A stretch of 64,000 nt of DNA from Candidatus Muiribacterium halophilum (GCA_002869225.1 PKTG01000130.1:8621-72620); one strand, 5' to 3'; positions 1-10,284 are shown, numbered from the stretch's first letter. The notes: generated by a model not told the origin, from the sequence alone. Translations and numbers: made by a program.

Positions 1-376
1 CTTTTTTTCCAGTATATGGATTGGGTGGAATCTCGTTAATATATATACGCTGTGATTTGATCTTATCTCGATCCGGGAAATCAACTATTTCTTTCCCTGT
101 AAGTTCTCTTTCCAAAGTCTGCAATGCAGTGAACCTAAGTGTCGTAGAATCAGTTTCAGTAAATGTAGGTATTATTGGATATTTTCCATGATCTCGATAA
201 TAAGCATCAAGTGCTGTTCTGATCTTTTCAAGTGTATTTATAGTCTTCTCTTCTCTGACATTCTGATATAAGGTCTCACCAAAAGGTATTGATGAATATG
301 CAAGAAGTGTTATAATAGCGGTAACAGCCATTAATTCGATTAATGTAAATCCTTTATTTCTAAAAAGATTAAACAT
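1..376 (-). CDS. Prepilin-type N-terminal cleavage/methylation protein (type II secretion pseudopilin G / pilin-like), runs off window start
   Basis: Not in the ORF track. Manual translation from ATG at 376 gives MFNLFRNKGFTLIELMAVTAIITLLAYSSIPFGE...LEKIRTALDAYYRDHGKYP, with the G|FTLIEL class III signal and a GspG-like 'ALDAYYxDxGxYP'. RBS GAGGTG upstream. Confidence 0.88.
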   Translation of the reverse strand, partial: MFNLFRNKGFTLIELMAVTAIITLLAYSSIPFGETLYQNVREEKTINTLEKIRTALDAYYRDHGKYPIIPTFTETDSTTLRFTALQTLERELTGKEIVDFPDRDKIKSQRIYINEIPPNPYTGKK

Positions 377-419
377 TTAATTCACCTCTTTCCTTTTTAA
401 TAAACACTTGTCTATTATT

Positions 420-449
420 ATTATAACATTAAAATGCGCTGCAAGTCAA
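420..449 (-). promoter_or_regulatory. Putative sigma70 promoter for pseudopilin gene
   Basis: Minus strand TTGACT-N18-TATAAT with extended -10 TG. Confidence 0.6.
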
Positions 450-469
450 TTTAGCACTGTTTAACTAAT

Positions 470-502
470 AAAAAAAAAGCCCTCCGTAGAGGGCTTTTTT
501 TT
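470..502. terminator. Intrinsic terminator after FN3 lipoprotein
   Basis: A-run-GCCCTC-CGTA-GAGGGC-T-run; minus-strand loop cUACGg (UNCG). Confidence 0.85.
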
Positions 503-506
503 AAAA

Positions 507-2585
507 TTAATCTATTCTAGTAATAGTGATTTTATCAATAAATATCTTATGTGTTGTTTGTATTGTGTTTCCGTATCTTGCTGCACTGAATACCAGATAT
601 ACAGGATCAAACTGCTGCACTGTTATACTTGGCCATTCAAAATAGTCAGCATAGTTTGTAGTGCTATAACCGTTAAGTTCAAATCCCTGTCCTAAGACGC
701 CAGCCTGATTTCTAAGAAGCACCCAATAAATACCTGAAGTATTTGTCTGAACATAATCTACCTTTATAGTATATTTACCGGTAGTCTCTGGCATCCACAT
801 AACTCTGAACTGATCCATATATGCTCTATCAGTATTATATGATAAAGCTCCTGTAGCAGTTCCACTTACGATAGACGTTCCATCGGTATTCCACCAGTAA
901 TTATTACTATAAGTGTATCCTTCTGATGCACCATGACTATCAAATTCTAGAACCTGTATTGAGTTTCCGCTAGCACTAAGTGAGTTTGATCTTAGCTGAT
1001 ACTGATTAGAGCTAAGATTTCCCCATGAGTTAGACCAGTTTCCAGTAGCATCAAGTACGTTTCTAATCTGTACAGCAGATATAAGAGATTCTCCTTCCAT
1101 CTGCACAACATTTGTACCACCAGCCGTAGAATCGAATTTTGAAAGTCTTATAAAGTAAGTCTTGTTGGATTCCATAGCGGTAGTACTGTTATATGAAGCT
1201 ATCTTATAATAGTAGTTTTTATCATCAGTAAGCTTTCTAGGCTGATAACTCGTACCTGAATGGTTACCCTGTAATAACTTATATGTATTTCCATTTCTTG
1301 ATTCATAAATATTATAAGTATATGAACCACCTACTGTATCCCATGAAAGCTGGACATAATCAGTATTGTCTATAGTAGCCTGGAAATTTGTCGGAACAGG
1401 AAGAACAGTTCCGTTTAACTTCATAGGCTGAGTCATGTCCCCTGTATTACCACTGTAATCAAAAGCTGCGACCCTATAATAATAATCTATAGCATTTCCA
1501 GAACTATCAAGATTTGAACTATCGGTCCAGTTAGTCTGATTATTAACAATTGCAATTAAAGAATATGGCACCTGTGAAGGATTAAAAGAAGAATTATCTA
1601 CTGTGGATGAAGAATCCACACTTCTATATATCTTATATCCTAATACATCACCTGCTGATTCCTGTCCTGTTGTTCCATTATCGTTATAAGGAGGTGCATT
1701 CCAGGTAAGCTTTCTTGCATTAGCATTTCCTTCGTATGTAATTTCTGTTATTGCACTTGAACTTGGCCACTGTGGTGCAGCTGGAGGATATCCATCGTCA
1801 TTAGCATCATATTGAATAACAATTGATTTTTCTTCAGATTCTAATCCTAAAAGTCCGGATTCCGTTACCGCTCTGACCTTATAATAATATCTTGTACTTT
1901 CTACAACAGTAGGATCGTTGAAGAAGAAAGCATCGGCTGAAACTCTTGCAACTATTTCATAACTTCCAGTTTCCCCGATTTTTTTGTATACAATATAAGA
2001 ATCTATAGCATCGTTATTTGTCTGTATGTCTGATATATTTTCAGGTTCATCCCAAACTAAAGTCACTGAATTATTTGATTCTCTTACGAGTACAACATTC
2101 AGAGGTCTATCAGGCATGTGACCAGCAGCAGTAGTTGGAGCTATTCTGATTCTTTCTGCATCCGATCTTGTTTCTCTAAGAAGGGAATCAAAAGCTGCTA
2201 CATAATATGCATATGTCTTTCCTTCTTTAAGGTCTGTTGAATTATCTTCATAGATAAGTGTATCCTTATCAACAATACCTAAAGGTTTTGTAGTATCATT
2301 TCTATAGATCTTGTAACCAATTACGTTGTCTTTAGAAGCACCTTTTATATTTGTAGATACTTTATTCCATCTTAAGATGGTCTTGTATCTTTTTTCGTTG
2401 TAATCTAAGGTCGGATTAGTAAACAGATACACCGACTGCACCTGCAAACCTTGTGGTATAGCTGGCGCTTCACCATCATCGTACATGGCGATCCCTGCTA
2501 CTCCAGACTCCTTGCCTCCACAACCTATTACAACAAGTAAAATGAAGATTGCTCCTAAAAACACGAGAAAATGTTTCTTACTCAT
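507..2585 (-). CDS. Fibronectin type III repeat lipoprotein
   Basis: Lipobox VVIGC; repeated W...GYKIYR...YYYxVxA FN3 motifs; C-terminal beta-sandwich (CBM-like). Confidence 0.85.
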   Translation of the reverse strand: MSKKHFLVFLGAIFILLVVIGCGGKESGVAGIAMYDDGEAPAIPQGLQVQSVYLFTNPTLDYNEKRYKTILRWNKVSTNIKGASKDNVIGYKIYRNDTTKPLGIVDKDTLIYEDNSTDLKEGKTYAYYVAAFDSLLRETRSDAERIRIAPTTAAGHMPDRPLNVVLVRESNNSVTLVWDEPENISDIQTNNDAIDSYIVYKKIGETGSYEIVARVSADAFFFNDPTVVESTRYYYKVRAVTESGLLGLESEEKSIVIQYDANDDGYPPAAPQWPSSSAITEITYEGNANARKLTWNAPPYNDNGTTGQESAGDVLGYKIYRSVDSSSTVDNSSFNPSQVPYSLIAIVNNQTNWTDSSNLDSSGNAIDYYYRVAAFDYSGNTGDMTQPMKLNGTVLPVPTNFQATIDNTDYVQLSWDTVGGSYTYNIYESRNGNTYKLLQGNHSGTSYQPRKLTDDKNYYYKIASYNSTTAMESNKTYFIRLSKFDSTAGGTNVVQMEGESLISAVQIRNVLDATGNWSNSWGNLSSNQYQLRSNSLSASGNSIQVLEFDSHGASEGYTYSNNYWWNTDGTSIVSGTATGALSYNTDRAYMDQFRVMWMPETTGKYTIKVDYVQTNTSGIYWVLLRNQAGVLGQGFELNGYSTTNYADYFEWPSITVQQFDPVYLVFSAARYGNTIQTTHKIFIDKITITRID

Positions 2586-2631
2586 AAAATGCTCCTTTCA
2601 AAGACAACTTGAAATATATCTGTCTTTTTAT

Positions 2632-2659
2632 TTTTCGGAACATCACTTTAGAATACTTA
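2632..2659 (-). promoter_or_regulatory. Putative sigma28-like promoter
   Basis: Minus strand TAAG-N16-TCCGAAAA upstream of FN3 lipoprotein. Confidence 0.45.
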
Positions 2660-3053
2660 ATTTTTTTACACATTAGTTACTGGTAAAAAATAGTGATTAG
2701 TGAATAGTGAATAGATTTTAAAAAAAGCATATCTAAGAGTTTAATCTTCTATAGAATCGAACCTTCCTAATAACGAGGTTCCTTTTCAATTCATCCATTT
2801 ACTACCAAATACAACAAAGGAAAAATAAAAATAGAAGTTTTAAATCTCTCAGTGGGTGGCGGCGTAGAAAGATTCTATTATTCGTAATAATACCTTTAAA
2901 GAAGATATGTGATAAAGAAATTTATTAGGTAGTTTATCTTTAGTTTTTAACGACAATGACGGAGGCATACCCTTCGGTCTGTCGAGTAAAGTGGAGTTAA
3001 AAAGAAAGTAAAATAACAATAAATAATTTATTAGAATATCTTTTTTAAAGGTA

Positions 3054-3509
3054 TCACAATCCATCTCCGTGAATTGAACAACGAACCGAGTTCTTCTCAT
3101 AGATCTCATACTCCCCACCCAATGGACACACAGGAAGATGAAAATCTTTTTCTCCGATTATATCACTAATAGCTTTCACACTATTCTTATCAAGCTTAGT
3201 TATCGGCTCACCTTTCATCGTCTCATAAAAACTTAAAGCTTCATCTAAAAAGACTACATTAGCTCTGCATTCAACTCTGGATTTAACATCGTACTTTTCC
3301 TGAAATTTTCCATAATAATTAAAGACTATTAAAAGTATTAAAGATAATGCTAAAAATACACCAACAAATGTTGAAATGAGATTAAGACCTGAATTTACAA
3401 AAAGTCTTCTAAAGCTTTTTCTTCTTTCAATAATATAAGAATGACAATGAGGGCATTTTATAGCTCTCTCATCTATAGTCATCTGACAATAAGGACATTT
3501 AACAGCCAT
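3054..3509 (-). CDS. Zinc-ribbon + transmembrane + pilin-like C-terminal domain protein
   Basis: CPYC...CPHC at N-terminus, one TM helix, C-terminal CPLGGEY...CSIHG. Confidence 0.7.
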   Translation of the reverse strand: MAVKCPYCQMTIDERAIKCPHCHSYIIERRKSFRRLFVNSGLNLISTFVGVFLALSLILLIVFNYYGKFQEKYDVKSRVECRANVVFLDEALSFYETMKGEPITKLDKNSVKAISDIIGEKDFHLPVCPLGGEYEIYEKNSVRCSIHGDGL

Positions 3510-3511
3510 TT

Positions 3512-4366
3512 TTACGCCTTTTTCTGTGCCATATTCAGAATGATCTGCGCACTAGCTATCTTTTTATCTATTTCTACTGCTATTTCTTCCATAGCTTTCT
3601 CATCTAGTCCTAAAAACTCAGTCACTTCTTCGTTGAAATCCGGACCTAAAGAATCGCCTGAAAATCCAATCTTTTTAAGTCTGCACAGGTTATTAGCATG
3701 ATTGACTATTCCTGCAAGTTCATCTACCGTTCCTGCAATCACTGGTGAATGATGTAAAGCGACAGTTTTAGTTATTACAGGAGGGAGTTTCCATTTTTCT
3801 GTTACCCAGCTACCGATTTGAGCATGATTAATACCTTCAAGTATTGCTTCTTCAGCCTGACTTATATATACAGGTTTCATCTCAACTACTTTTAATATGA
3901 GCTTAAATCTATCAGAAAAATATTCGGATAATATCAATTTTCCAATATCATGAAGTAAACCACAAATAAATGCTTCTTCCGGTTTTGCATATTTCAATTT
4001 TTCAGCTATTACTTTTGATGCAATACCAACTCCAAGAGAATGTTTCCAAAATTCGCTTACATCTAAAAGACTTGATTTCAATTTATCAAAGACAGTAAGA
4101 GACAATGCTATGTTTCTTATATCTGTAAATCCAAGAATTACTAAGGCTTGATTGATAGTTGTTATAGTTCGAGGAAAACCATAGAAAGGTGAATTTACTA
4201 TCTTCAGAATATTTGCAGTCAATGTAGGGTCTGAGGAAACAACTTTTGAAACATCAGATACTGAACTTTTGGGGTTTGATGTCACTTCCAATAATTTACT
4301 TACTACTACAGGAAGCATATTTAGGTTTTTAATACTTTTTATCTTTTCAAGTACCTGAATCTTCAC
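3512..4366 (-). CDS. HDOD domain protein
   Basis: DPTLTANILKIVNSPFYG, FWKHS, GLLHDIGK motifs. Confidence 0.93.
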   Translation of the reverse strand: MKIQVLEKIKSIKNLNMLPVVVSKLLEVTSNPKSSVSDVSKVVSSDPTLTANILKIVNSPFYGFPRTITTINQALVILGFTDIRNIALSLTVFDKLKSSLLDVSEFWKHSLGVGIASKVIAEKLKYAKPEEAFICGLLHDIGKLILSEYFSDRFKLILKVVEMKPVYISQAEEAILEGINHAQIGSWVTEKWKLPPVITKTVALHHSPVIAGTVDELAGIVNHANNLCRLKKIGFSGDSLGPDFNEEVTEFLGLDEKAMEEIAVEIDKKIASAQIILNMAQKKA

Positions 4367-4378
4367 AATAAAAACTCC

Positions 4379-5380
4379 TTATTTTTTTATCTTTCTAACA
4401 ACATCCAATTTTCCTGCTACTTCGATATACTCTCTTTCATCCTCATTTAAAAGCGCAAGAGAATCTGAGTAAAATTTTAAAGCTATGTTGTTCTTTCCGT
4501 TCTGAACAAATTCATCACCTATCTGTTCATATATAACAGCAAGATTTTTTCTAGTTATATGATATTTTCTTTCATATTCATTAGTATAAGTTGGAATATA
4601 AGGATTCTTTTCAGCTAATCCATATTTAAAGAAATTTTCCATAGATTCTTCAAATTCAGATAACGCTCTATCTAATATCTCTTCTTTTAGATGTCTATCA
4701 CCTGTAAGCTCTTCACTTACTAGATTCTTTTTTATACTTGAGTATAGTTTTTCTATCTCTTTGACATCTTCCTGATCAAAATCATCCACTATTGCTTGAG
4801 CCTGTTCGAGTTCCTTCCAAGCTTCTTCATATTCTTTTTTTTCAATCATATCTTCAGCTCTTTTTAAATAACCTGTTACAAGTTTATGTTCTATTTCTTT
4901 AAGTTTGGATTCTATATCTTTTCTAAGTTCATCTTTTTCATTAAGCTTTTTAAGACCATTGTATGCTTCTCTAAACTCAACATATGCTTCTCTTATGTTT
5001 TCTTTTTCAATAAACTCTTCTCCTCTTTCAAGGTTTGCTTCATATTTCTCTACAATGTTTTCTTTTTTTATAAGAGTCTTTATTTCTTCAAGCTTTTTTC
5101 CAATAGATTTTTTATTTTCCTCTGAAGATAATTTCAAAGCCAGGACAAGTTCATCAAAAGCCTCTTCATATGAATTAGCGGATATAAGGTTTTCTGCAAT
5201 ATCAACATGTTTTTCTGATAGTTTCTGACATACCTCTGATATTTTTACTTTAATATCTTTTTTATTCTGGCCATCAGCAAGTCTTAAGGCTTTTTCGTAC
5301 TCTAGTTTTGCATTTCCAAAATCTTCTTCATTAAAAAAATCTTCAGCTTTTTTTACAAAATCCTCATAATTATAAAACAT
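4379..5380 (-). CDS. Alpha-helical TPR-like protein
   Basis: Repeated helical TPR-like segments; RBS AGGAGG. Confidence 0.7.
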   Translation of the reverse strand: MFYNYEDFVKKAEDFFNEEDFGNAKLEYEKALRLADGQNKKDIKVKISEVCQKLSEKHVDIAENLISANSYEEAFDELVLALKLSSEENKKSIGKKLEEIKTLIKKENIVEKYEANLERGEEFIEKENIREAYVEFREAYNGLKKLNEKDELRKDIESKLKEIEHKLVTGYLKRAEDMIEKKEYEEAWKELEQAQAIVDDFDQEDVKEIEKLYSSIKKNLVSEELTGDRHLKEEILDRALSEFEESMENFFKYGLAEKNPYIPTYTNEYERKYHITRKNLAVIYEQIGDEFVQNGKNNIALKFYSDSLALLNEDEREYIEVAGKLDVVRKIKK

Positions 5381-5411
5381 TGCCCCTCCTGTTATTGAAC
5401 TTATCTAAAGT

Positions 5412-5930
5412 TCATTCAGTAATTAAACGTAATTTATTTTTTAAATGCTTATACAACTCTATTTGATTATTTTTTAGTTTTTCACTTTCAACTTTATTAA
5501 AAACATCTTTTGCCTTTTTAAATTCTCTTACCCTGTAATATGAATAAGATATAATAAGGTCTATGATATTTCTTTCTTCAGGAAACAAATCTATTCCTGA
5601 AAAGGAATGCTTTATTAAAGTATACCAATCCTCTCGATAATAATAAAGTATACCCAGATTCATGAAAGCACTCTTAAAATCTTTCTTTATATCAAGCGCT
5701 TTATTAAAAAATCTTTCGGCTTTATTATATTGGTTTTTCTCTAAAAAAACAACACCAAGATTATTAAGAATATAAACATCTTCAGGTGATTTTTTATAAA
5801 GTTCTTCAAGAATGATCTGAGCTTGTTCAAATTTATTCTCTTTTATTAATTTTACAGAATCTTTAAAACTACTGGATTTTGAGATTATTATTCCAATTAA
5901 TAGTAAAGACAGTATGATCTTTTTTTTCAT
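5412..5930 (-). CDS. Secreted TPR protein
   Basis: Signal peptide; ILNNLGVV / AFMNLGILY TPR motifs. Confidence 0.8.
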   Translation of the reverse strand: MKKKIILSLLLIGIIISKSSSFKDSVKLIKENKFEQAQIILEELYKKSPEDVYILNNLGVVFLEKNQYNKAERFFNKALDIKKDFKSAFMNLGILYYYREDWYTLIKHSFSGIDLFPEERNIIDLIISYSYYRVREFKKAKDVFNKVESEKLKNNQIELYKHLKNKLRLITE

Positions 5931-7384
5931 TTTTTTCCCATTCTGACTCTTTCTATCGCAAGTCTTATCTCTTCTCTTTCTCTTTCAGTATTTTGCTTTT
6001 CGTATGCTTTTTTATAAGCTTCGATACTTTCATCAAATCTGTTTAGTTTATATAGGAGATAAGCATAATAATTTAGGATTATATCGTCTCCATCAGAGTT
6101 TTTAAGATATTCTCTTATATTTTCGAGAGCTTTTTCAGGAGCTTTCATTTGATTATATAAGATACCCATTCTATATAATACATCTGGGTTTTCTTTTTTA
6201 TATTCATGAGCTTTCTCATAATGTTTTAAAGCATCAAAATAATTTTTTTCTCTATCATACTCAGCAGCTTCTTCAAGATTTTTTGAAAATGATAAGGAGT
6301 CTTTATACGGAGAGATCTGTGTATTCTTATTGAAGGCTTCTACTTTTTCTTTAAGTTTTGAAATAGTCTTTAATTTCTGTTTTTCAATATCTATTTTAGG
6401 TTTATCCGACTTAACTCCAGGAATTATATCTGTCTTTGAAATATAGGCCGAATCAATATTAGAAAGAGTCGACTCGGCTTTATAACGCCAATCAGAATCC
6501 GGATAATCTTCTACTATTTTTTCTAAAGCTACTTTTGCTTTTTTCTGATCTCCATTTATTAGCTGACTTTCTGCTATCATATACAAAGATTCAGCTTTTA
6601 GATCAGGATCATCCTCAATAACATTATCATAAGCTCTCTGATAGGCTTTTTCTGCTTTTTTATAATCTTTTCTGAAGAAATAAATATCCCCTGTCTTGAA
6701 AGAGGCTCTACTAAAATACTCGTTATTTTTCTCGATCTCTTCCAAGAAAGTCAAGGCTTCATCATAATATCCCGCATTATATTTCATATCAGCCAGCATA
6801 TACAGACTCGCATTATAATAAGGAGATTCCTTATAGTTTCTAACAATATTAAGATAATAATCAGATGCGATGGTATCCATACCTTTTCTTTGAAATTCAA
6901 GAGCTATATCATACAAGACATTATAAACCTTCTTCCCCTGACTCCTGGTATATCTTTTCAAAGATTGATTTGCTTCATGAATCCAATAATTCTCAGGAAA
7001 CTTTAAAATAAAATCCCTATATATATTTGCCATCTTATCGAAATTTTTCTCTATTTCATAGGACTTTCCGATAAGATAATATGAATCAGCCACGAGAGGA
7101 CTCTGGCTATAATCAGTAATGATCTTCTGAAAATATTCCCTTGCCTGTTTTGGATCATTTCTTTTTAAAGCAATATCTCCTAAAAGATAATATGAAGCAT
7201 CTGCCCAGTTATTCTCTTTGTATTTTTTGGTGATTACCTTTAATTTTTCTGTAGCTTCCTCAAACATGCCCTTATCATACTCACTTACCGCTAAAGAGTA
7301 TAAATTTTCTACTTCGTCAGCAAAGATATTCAAAGATAATATCATTAGAAGTACAACTATGATTCCTTTATATTTAAAAAACAT
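5927..7384 (-). CDS. Periplasmic TPR protein (BamD/CpoB-like repeats)
   Basis: Signal peptide; 'YPDSDW', 'YSQSPLVADSYYLIG' TPR_6-type repeats. Confidence 0.8.
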   Translation of the reverse strand: MFFKYKGIIVVLLMILSLNIFADEVENLYSLAVSEYDKGMFEEATEKLKVITKKYKENNWADASYYLLGDIALKRNDPKQAREYFQKIITDYSQSPLVADSYYLIGKSYEIEKNFDKMANIYRDFILKFPENYWIHEANQSLKRYTRSQGKKVYNVLYDIALEFQRKGMDTIASDYYLNIVRNYKESPYYNASLYMLADMKYNAGYYDEALTFLEEIEKNNEYFSRASFKTGDIYFFRKDYKKAEKAYQRAYDNVIEDDPDLKAESLYMIAESQLINGDQKKAKVALEKIVEDYPDSDWRYKAESTLSNIDSAYISKTDIIPGVKSDKPKIDIEKQKLKTISKLKEKVEAFNKNTQISPYKDSLSFSKNLEEAAEYDREKNYFDALKHYEKAHEYKKENPDVLYRMGILYNQMKAPEKALENIREYLKNSDGDDIILNYYAYLLYKLNRFDESIEAYKKAYEKQNTEREREEIRLAIERVRMGKK

Positions 7385-7394
7385 TATATCCTCC

Positions 7395-7724
7395 GGTAGA
7401 AGAACTATAAGCCGAATTCTGTTTTGATGTCCATTAGTCTAAATCATTATTTTCATAAAGATTTTAGCAACCAACCCGGTGGTTATGGCGGGACCAACCA
7501 CCACCCTATTTGGTCTTGCTGCAGAAGGGGTTTGCCAAGCCGACAAATCACTTTGCCGCTGGTAAGCTCTTACCTTACCATTTCACCCTTACCTTAAAAA
7601 AGGCGGTATATTTTCTGTTGCACTTTCCGTCAGGTCACCCTGCCCGGGAGTTACCCGGCTTCCTGTCCCAGCAGTTCGGACTTTCCTCCCCTGATAATCA
7701 GGAGCGAACATCTGTTCTTCTACC
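7395..7724 (-). ncRNA. rnpB: RNase P RNA
   Basis: Minus strand GAGGAAAGTCCGAACT near 5' end and ACAGAATTCGGCTTAT near 3' end; P1 helix GGTAGAAGAAC/GTTCTTCTACC. Confidence 0.96.
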
Positions 7725-8625
7725 TTTTTCTAAAAATCTTTTTATCAAAAAACACTTCTCTTTCACGATGTGAATATCCACAAACATTACAATGAAGTGA
7801 GTTTTCCTTTATACCTGGTACACTATATTTTGGATATGATATCACTTTTTCCTCTTTTTGTAATCTAGCACCACATTGCGGACAACGACTCTTTAGATGA
7901 AAATATATAAAAGTTCCACCTATTAAACCAAGAAGACTCAATATTAAAGTAAGTACTATTGGATTATCAAAAACAACCTTTTCTATCCTATTATCACTTT
8001 TTACATCATCGTGTTTTTTAAGGTCATATTCAGCTTTAAGCAATATACTTCTAGCATTTGTAAGTTCATTACCCATCTTTTCTATGGCTGAAAATATTCC
8101 ATCACCAATAATTGTCTTATATCTGGTATCTCCGGATTTACCCTCTTTCAAGGATATTTTCATATACTCATCAGCTTTTTCAAGAGTTGTCTTGATATCT
8201 TTAATTATTTCAACCGAAAAATCTTTTGTTAAAATAAAATCAAGGTCTTCTGTAAAAAGAAGATTTACTTCTGGTTCATTTTTATATATAGCTATAACCA
8301 AGGCATTTTGATCTTCTGTTGAATTTTTTTTTATCCATTTCTTTAATATAAGACGACTAAACTCTGTACTTTTTAGACCCTTTGAATCCTGAAGAGTTAT
8401 TACTAGAAAATATACTCCAACTGAATTTTTTATTACATCAATACGATCACGAATAGCTACTCGTTTGTTTACTGGGATGAAGTTTGCAAGATCTATTACT
8501 GTATCATCCAATTCCAAAAAATCGGTCTTACTTTCTAATTTAAAATTTTCCTGCATCTTATCATAGATGATTATTCCACTAAATATCAGAAAAATTAAAA
8601 ATATAGTTATTTTAACGACTTTCAT
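7720..8625 (-). CDS. TPM-domain membrane protein with C-terminal zinc ribbon
   Basis: VIDLANFI TPM-like start, TM helix, CPQCG...CNVCGY. Confidence 0.7.
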   Translation of the reverse strand: MKVVKITIFLIFLIFSGIIIYDKMQENFKLESKTDFLELDDTVIDLANFIPVNKRVAIRDRIDVIKNSVGVYFLVITLQDSKGLKSTEFSRLILKKWIKKNSTEDQNALVIAIYKNEPEVNLLFTEDLDFILTKDFSVEIIKDIKTTLEKADEYMKISLKEGKSGDTRYKTIIGDGIFSAIEKMGNELTNARSILLKAEYDLKKHDDVKSDNRIEKVVFDNPIVLTLILSLLGLIGGTFIYFHLKSRCPQCGARLQKEEKVISYPKYSVPGIKENSLHCNVCGYSHREREVFFDKKIFRKR

Positions 8626-9722
8626 CAGACACTCCAGTATACAGGACCCATTTTATCACTGATTTTCAGATCTATTTTATCAAGTGTTTCTTTTGAGTTT
8701 AAAAAATCATACATCAAATTCATAAATACTTTTTCAGTACCATAATGGCCGATATCTATAAGACATAAACCATCTTTAAGACTCTCCTGAGCATCATGAT
8801 ATTTAAGATCTCCAGAAATAAAAAGATCAGCTTTTATACGGGTTGCCTTTCTAAGCATTGATGCACCACTGCCATTGCAATATACTAATTTTTTTATCTT
8901 CTTATCCTTGTTCCCGGATATTTTTATCATTGGATAATCATTCTTTAGTAGTTTTGCTATTTCAAGAAGACTCATTTCTTCTTTTAGCGATGTTAAAACT
9001 CCAAAACCGGATTTATCACCTTTTCTTTTAAGCTCATATACATCATAAGCAACTTCCTCATAGGGATGTTCTTTTATCATCTGATCGATTACAGAATTTA
9101 AATTTGTTTCCTTGCAGATAGTCTCAACTCTGATCTCTTTAACTTCTTCATCCTTTCCTATTTCCCCAATATGTGGATCAGTTCCTTCCTGAGGTGTAAA
9201 GGTACCAATACCTGAAACATTAAAAGAGCATTTTGAATACTCACCGATATGTCCAGCTCCCTTATCAAACATGGCTTTTCTAACATTCTCTGTGTCTTTT
9301 TCAGGTACAAAAACTACTATTTTATAGAGTTTTTCTGCATCCACTGCATCAAACAGGTCTAATCTTTTTACATAAGACCTCAGAACATCTGGGAAAAAAT
9401 CCTTATAGAACCTTTTATCTGCATTTGTATGTGCACATATAATCGATATATTATTTTTCATTGCTTCAAATAACAACAAGTTAGATTGTCGTGTGAATCG
9501 CGTTATCTTTCCAAAAATAACCGGATGGTGTGTAATAATAAGATCTATATTTTTTTCAATTGCTTCATTTAAGACATCTTGAGTAAATTCAAGACTTATA
9601 AGGACCTTTTGTATTTCCTGTTCCATATCTCCCACAAGAAGACCAGTATTATCCCAACTTTCAGATGTCCTAAAAGGCATTTCAGAATTTATGATGTTGA
9701 ATATATTTTTAACTTTTATCAC
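8625..9722 (-). CDS. Nif3-like dinuclear metal center protein (DUF34) with PII-like insertion
   Basis: WDNTGLLVGD, ITHHP, HTNAD, HPYEEVAYD, DIGHYGTE. Confidence 0.95.
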   Translation of the reverse strand: MIKVKNIFNIINSEMPFRTSESWDNTGLLVGDMEQEIQKVLISLEFTQDVLNEAIEKNIDLIITHHPVIFGKITRFTRQSNLLLFEAMKNNISIICAHTNADKRFYKDFFPDVLRSYVKRLDLFDAVDAEKLYKIVVFVPEKDTENVRKAMFDKGAGHIGEYSKCSFNVSGIGTFTPQEGTDPHIGEIGKDEEVKEIRVETICKETNLNSVIDQMIKEHPYEEVAYDVYELKRKGDKSGFGVLTSLKEEMSLLEIAKLLKNDYPMIKISGNKDKKIKKLVYCNGSGASMLRKATRIKADLFISGDLKYHDAQESLKDGLCLIDIGHYGTEKVFMNLMYDFLNSKETLDKIDLKISDKMGPVYWSV

Positions 9723-9792
9723 TTGATCCCTCTCATCTGTTTTTTCTTAGTCTTATATTACTATTTCATGAGATAATTTACAAAATTTTGTA

Positions 9793-9985
9793 AATAGTGA
9801 ATAGTGAATAGTGAACGGTGAACAGAAAACAATTAACGTGAAACGTAAAGATTTAAGCGTGAAGCGTAATGGGTAAAAGCAGAAAATCCTTAAATCGTGG
9901 GGTTTGGAATTTGGTGTTCGGGGTTTGGGTTGGTTTTGATCTTCCCAAAATTTAGTTTTATCCCTAGTCCCGGTTATTAAGTCGG
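9793..9985 (-). repeat. Dispersed heptamer-built intergenic repeat, copy 1
   Basis: (AATAGTG)n and CGTGAAG heptamers plus ~110-bp core whose reverse complement matches 29858-29976 and 52288-52370. Confidence 0.85.
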
Positions 9986-10208
9986 AGTATCGTCAAGTCG
10001 AGATGTCGGAATGTAGGATTTTTTTTCATTAATACCTTTAAAGGAGTGTATTTTGAATAATAGATTATGAAGGATTCGGTTAATAGAAAAGCGAAAAAAG
10101 AAGAAGGACTACCAACGCTAATTCGATGATTTTTGAGCTTTTATATTGGTTGAAGACAATTAATATATGTTCGAAATATGCAACTTGAAAGGTATCAAAT
10201 AAAAAAAA

Positions 10209-10284
10209 TGGTAGTCCCTACGGGAGTCGAACCCGTGCCGCAGCCTTGAAAGGGCTGTGTCCTAGGCCACTAGACGAAGGGACC
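10209..10284 (-). tRNA. tRNA-Glu(TTC)
   Basis: GGTCCCTTCGTCTAGTGGCCTAGGACACAGCCC-TTTCAA-GGCTG...GGTTCGACTCCC...ACCA, 76 nt. Confidence 0.97.

Noticed and set aside
2849-3118. 89-aa minus-strand ORF
   Set aside because: Overlaps the zinc-ribbon gene out of frame, has no RBS and atypical composition.
7510-7773. 87-aa plus-strand ORF
   Set aside because: Antisense shadow of rnpB.
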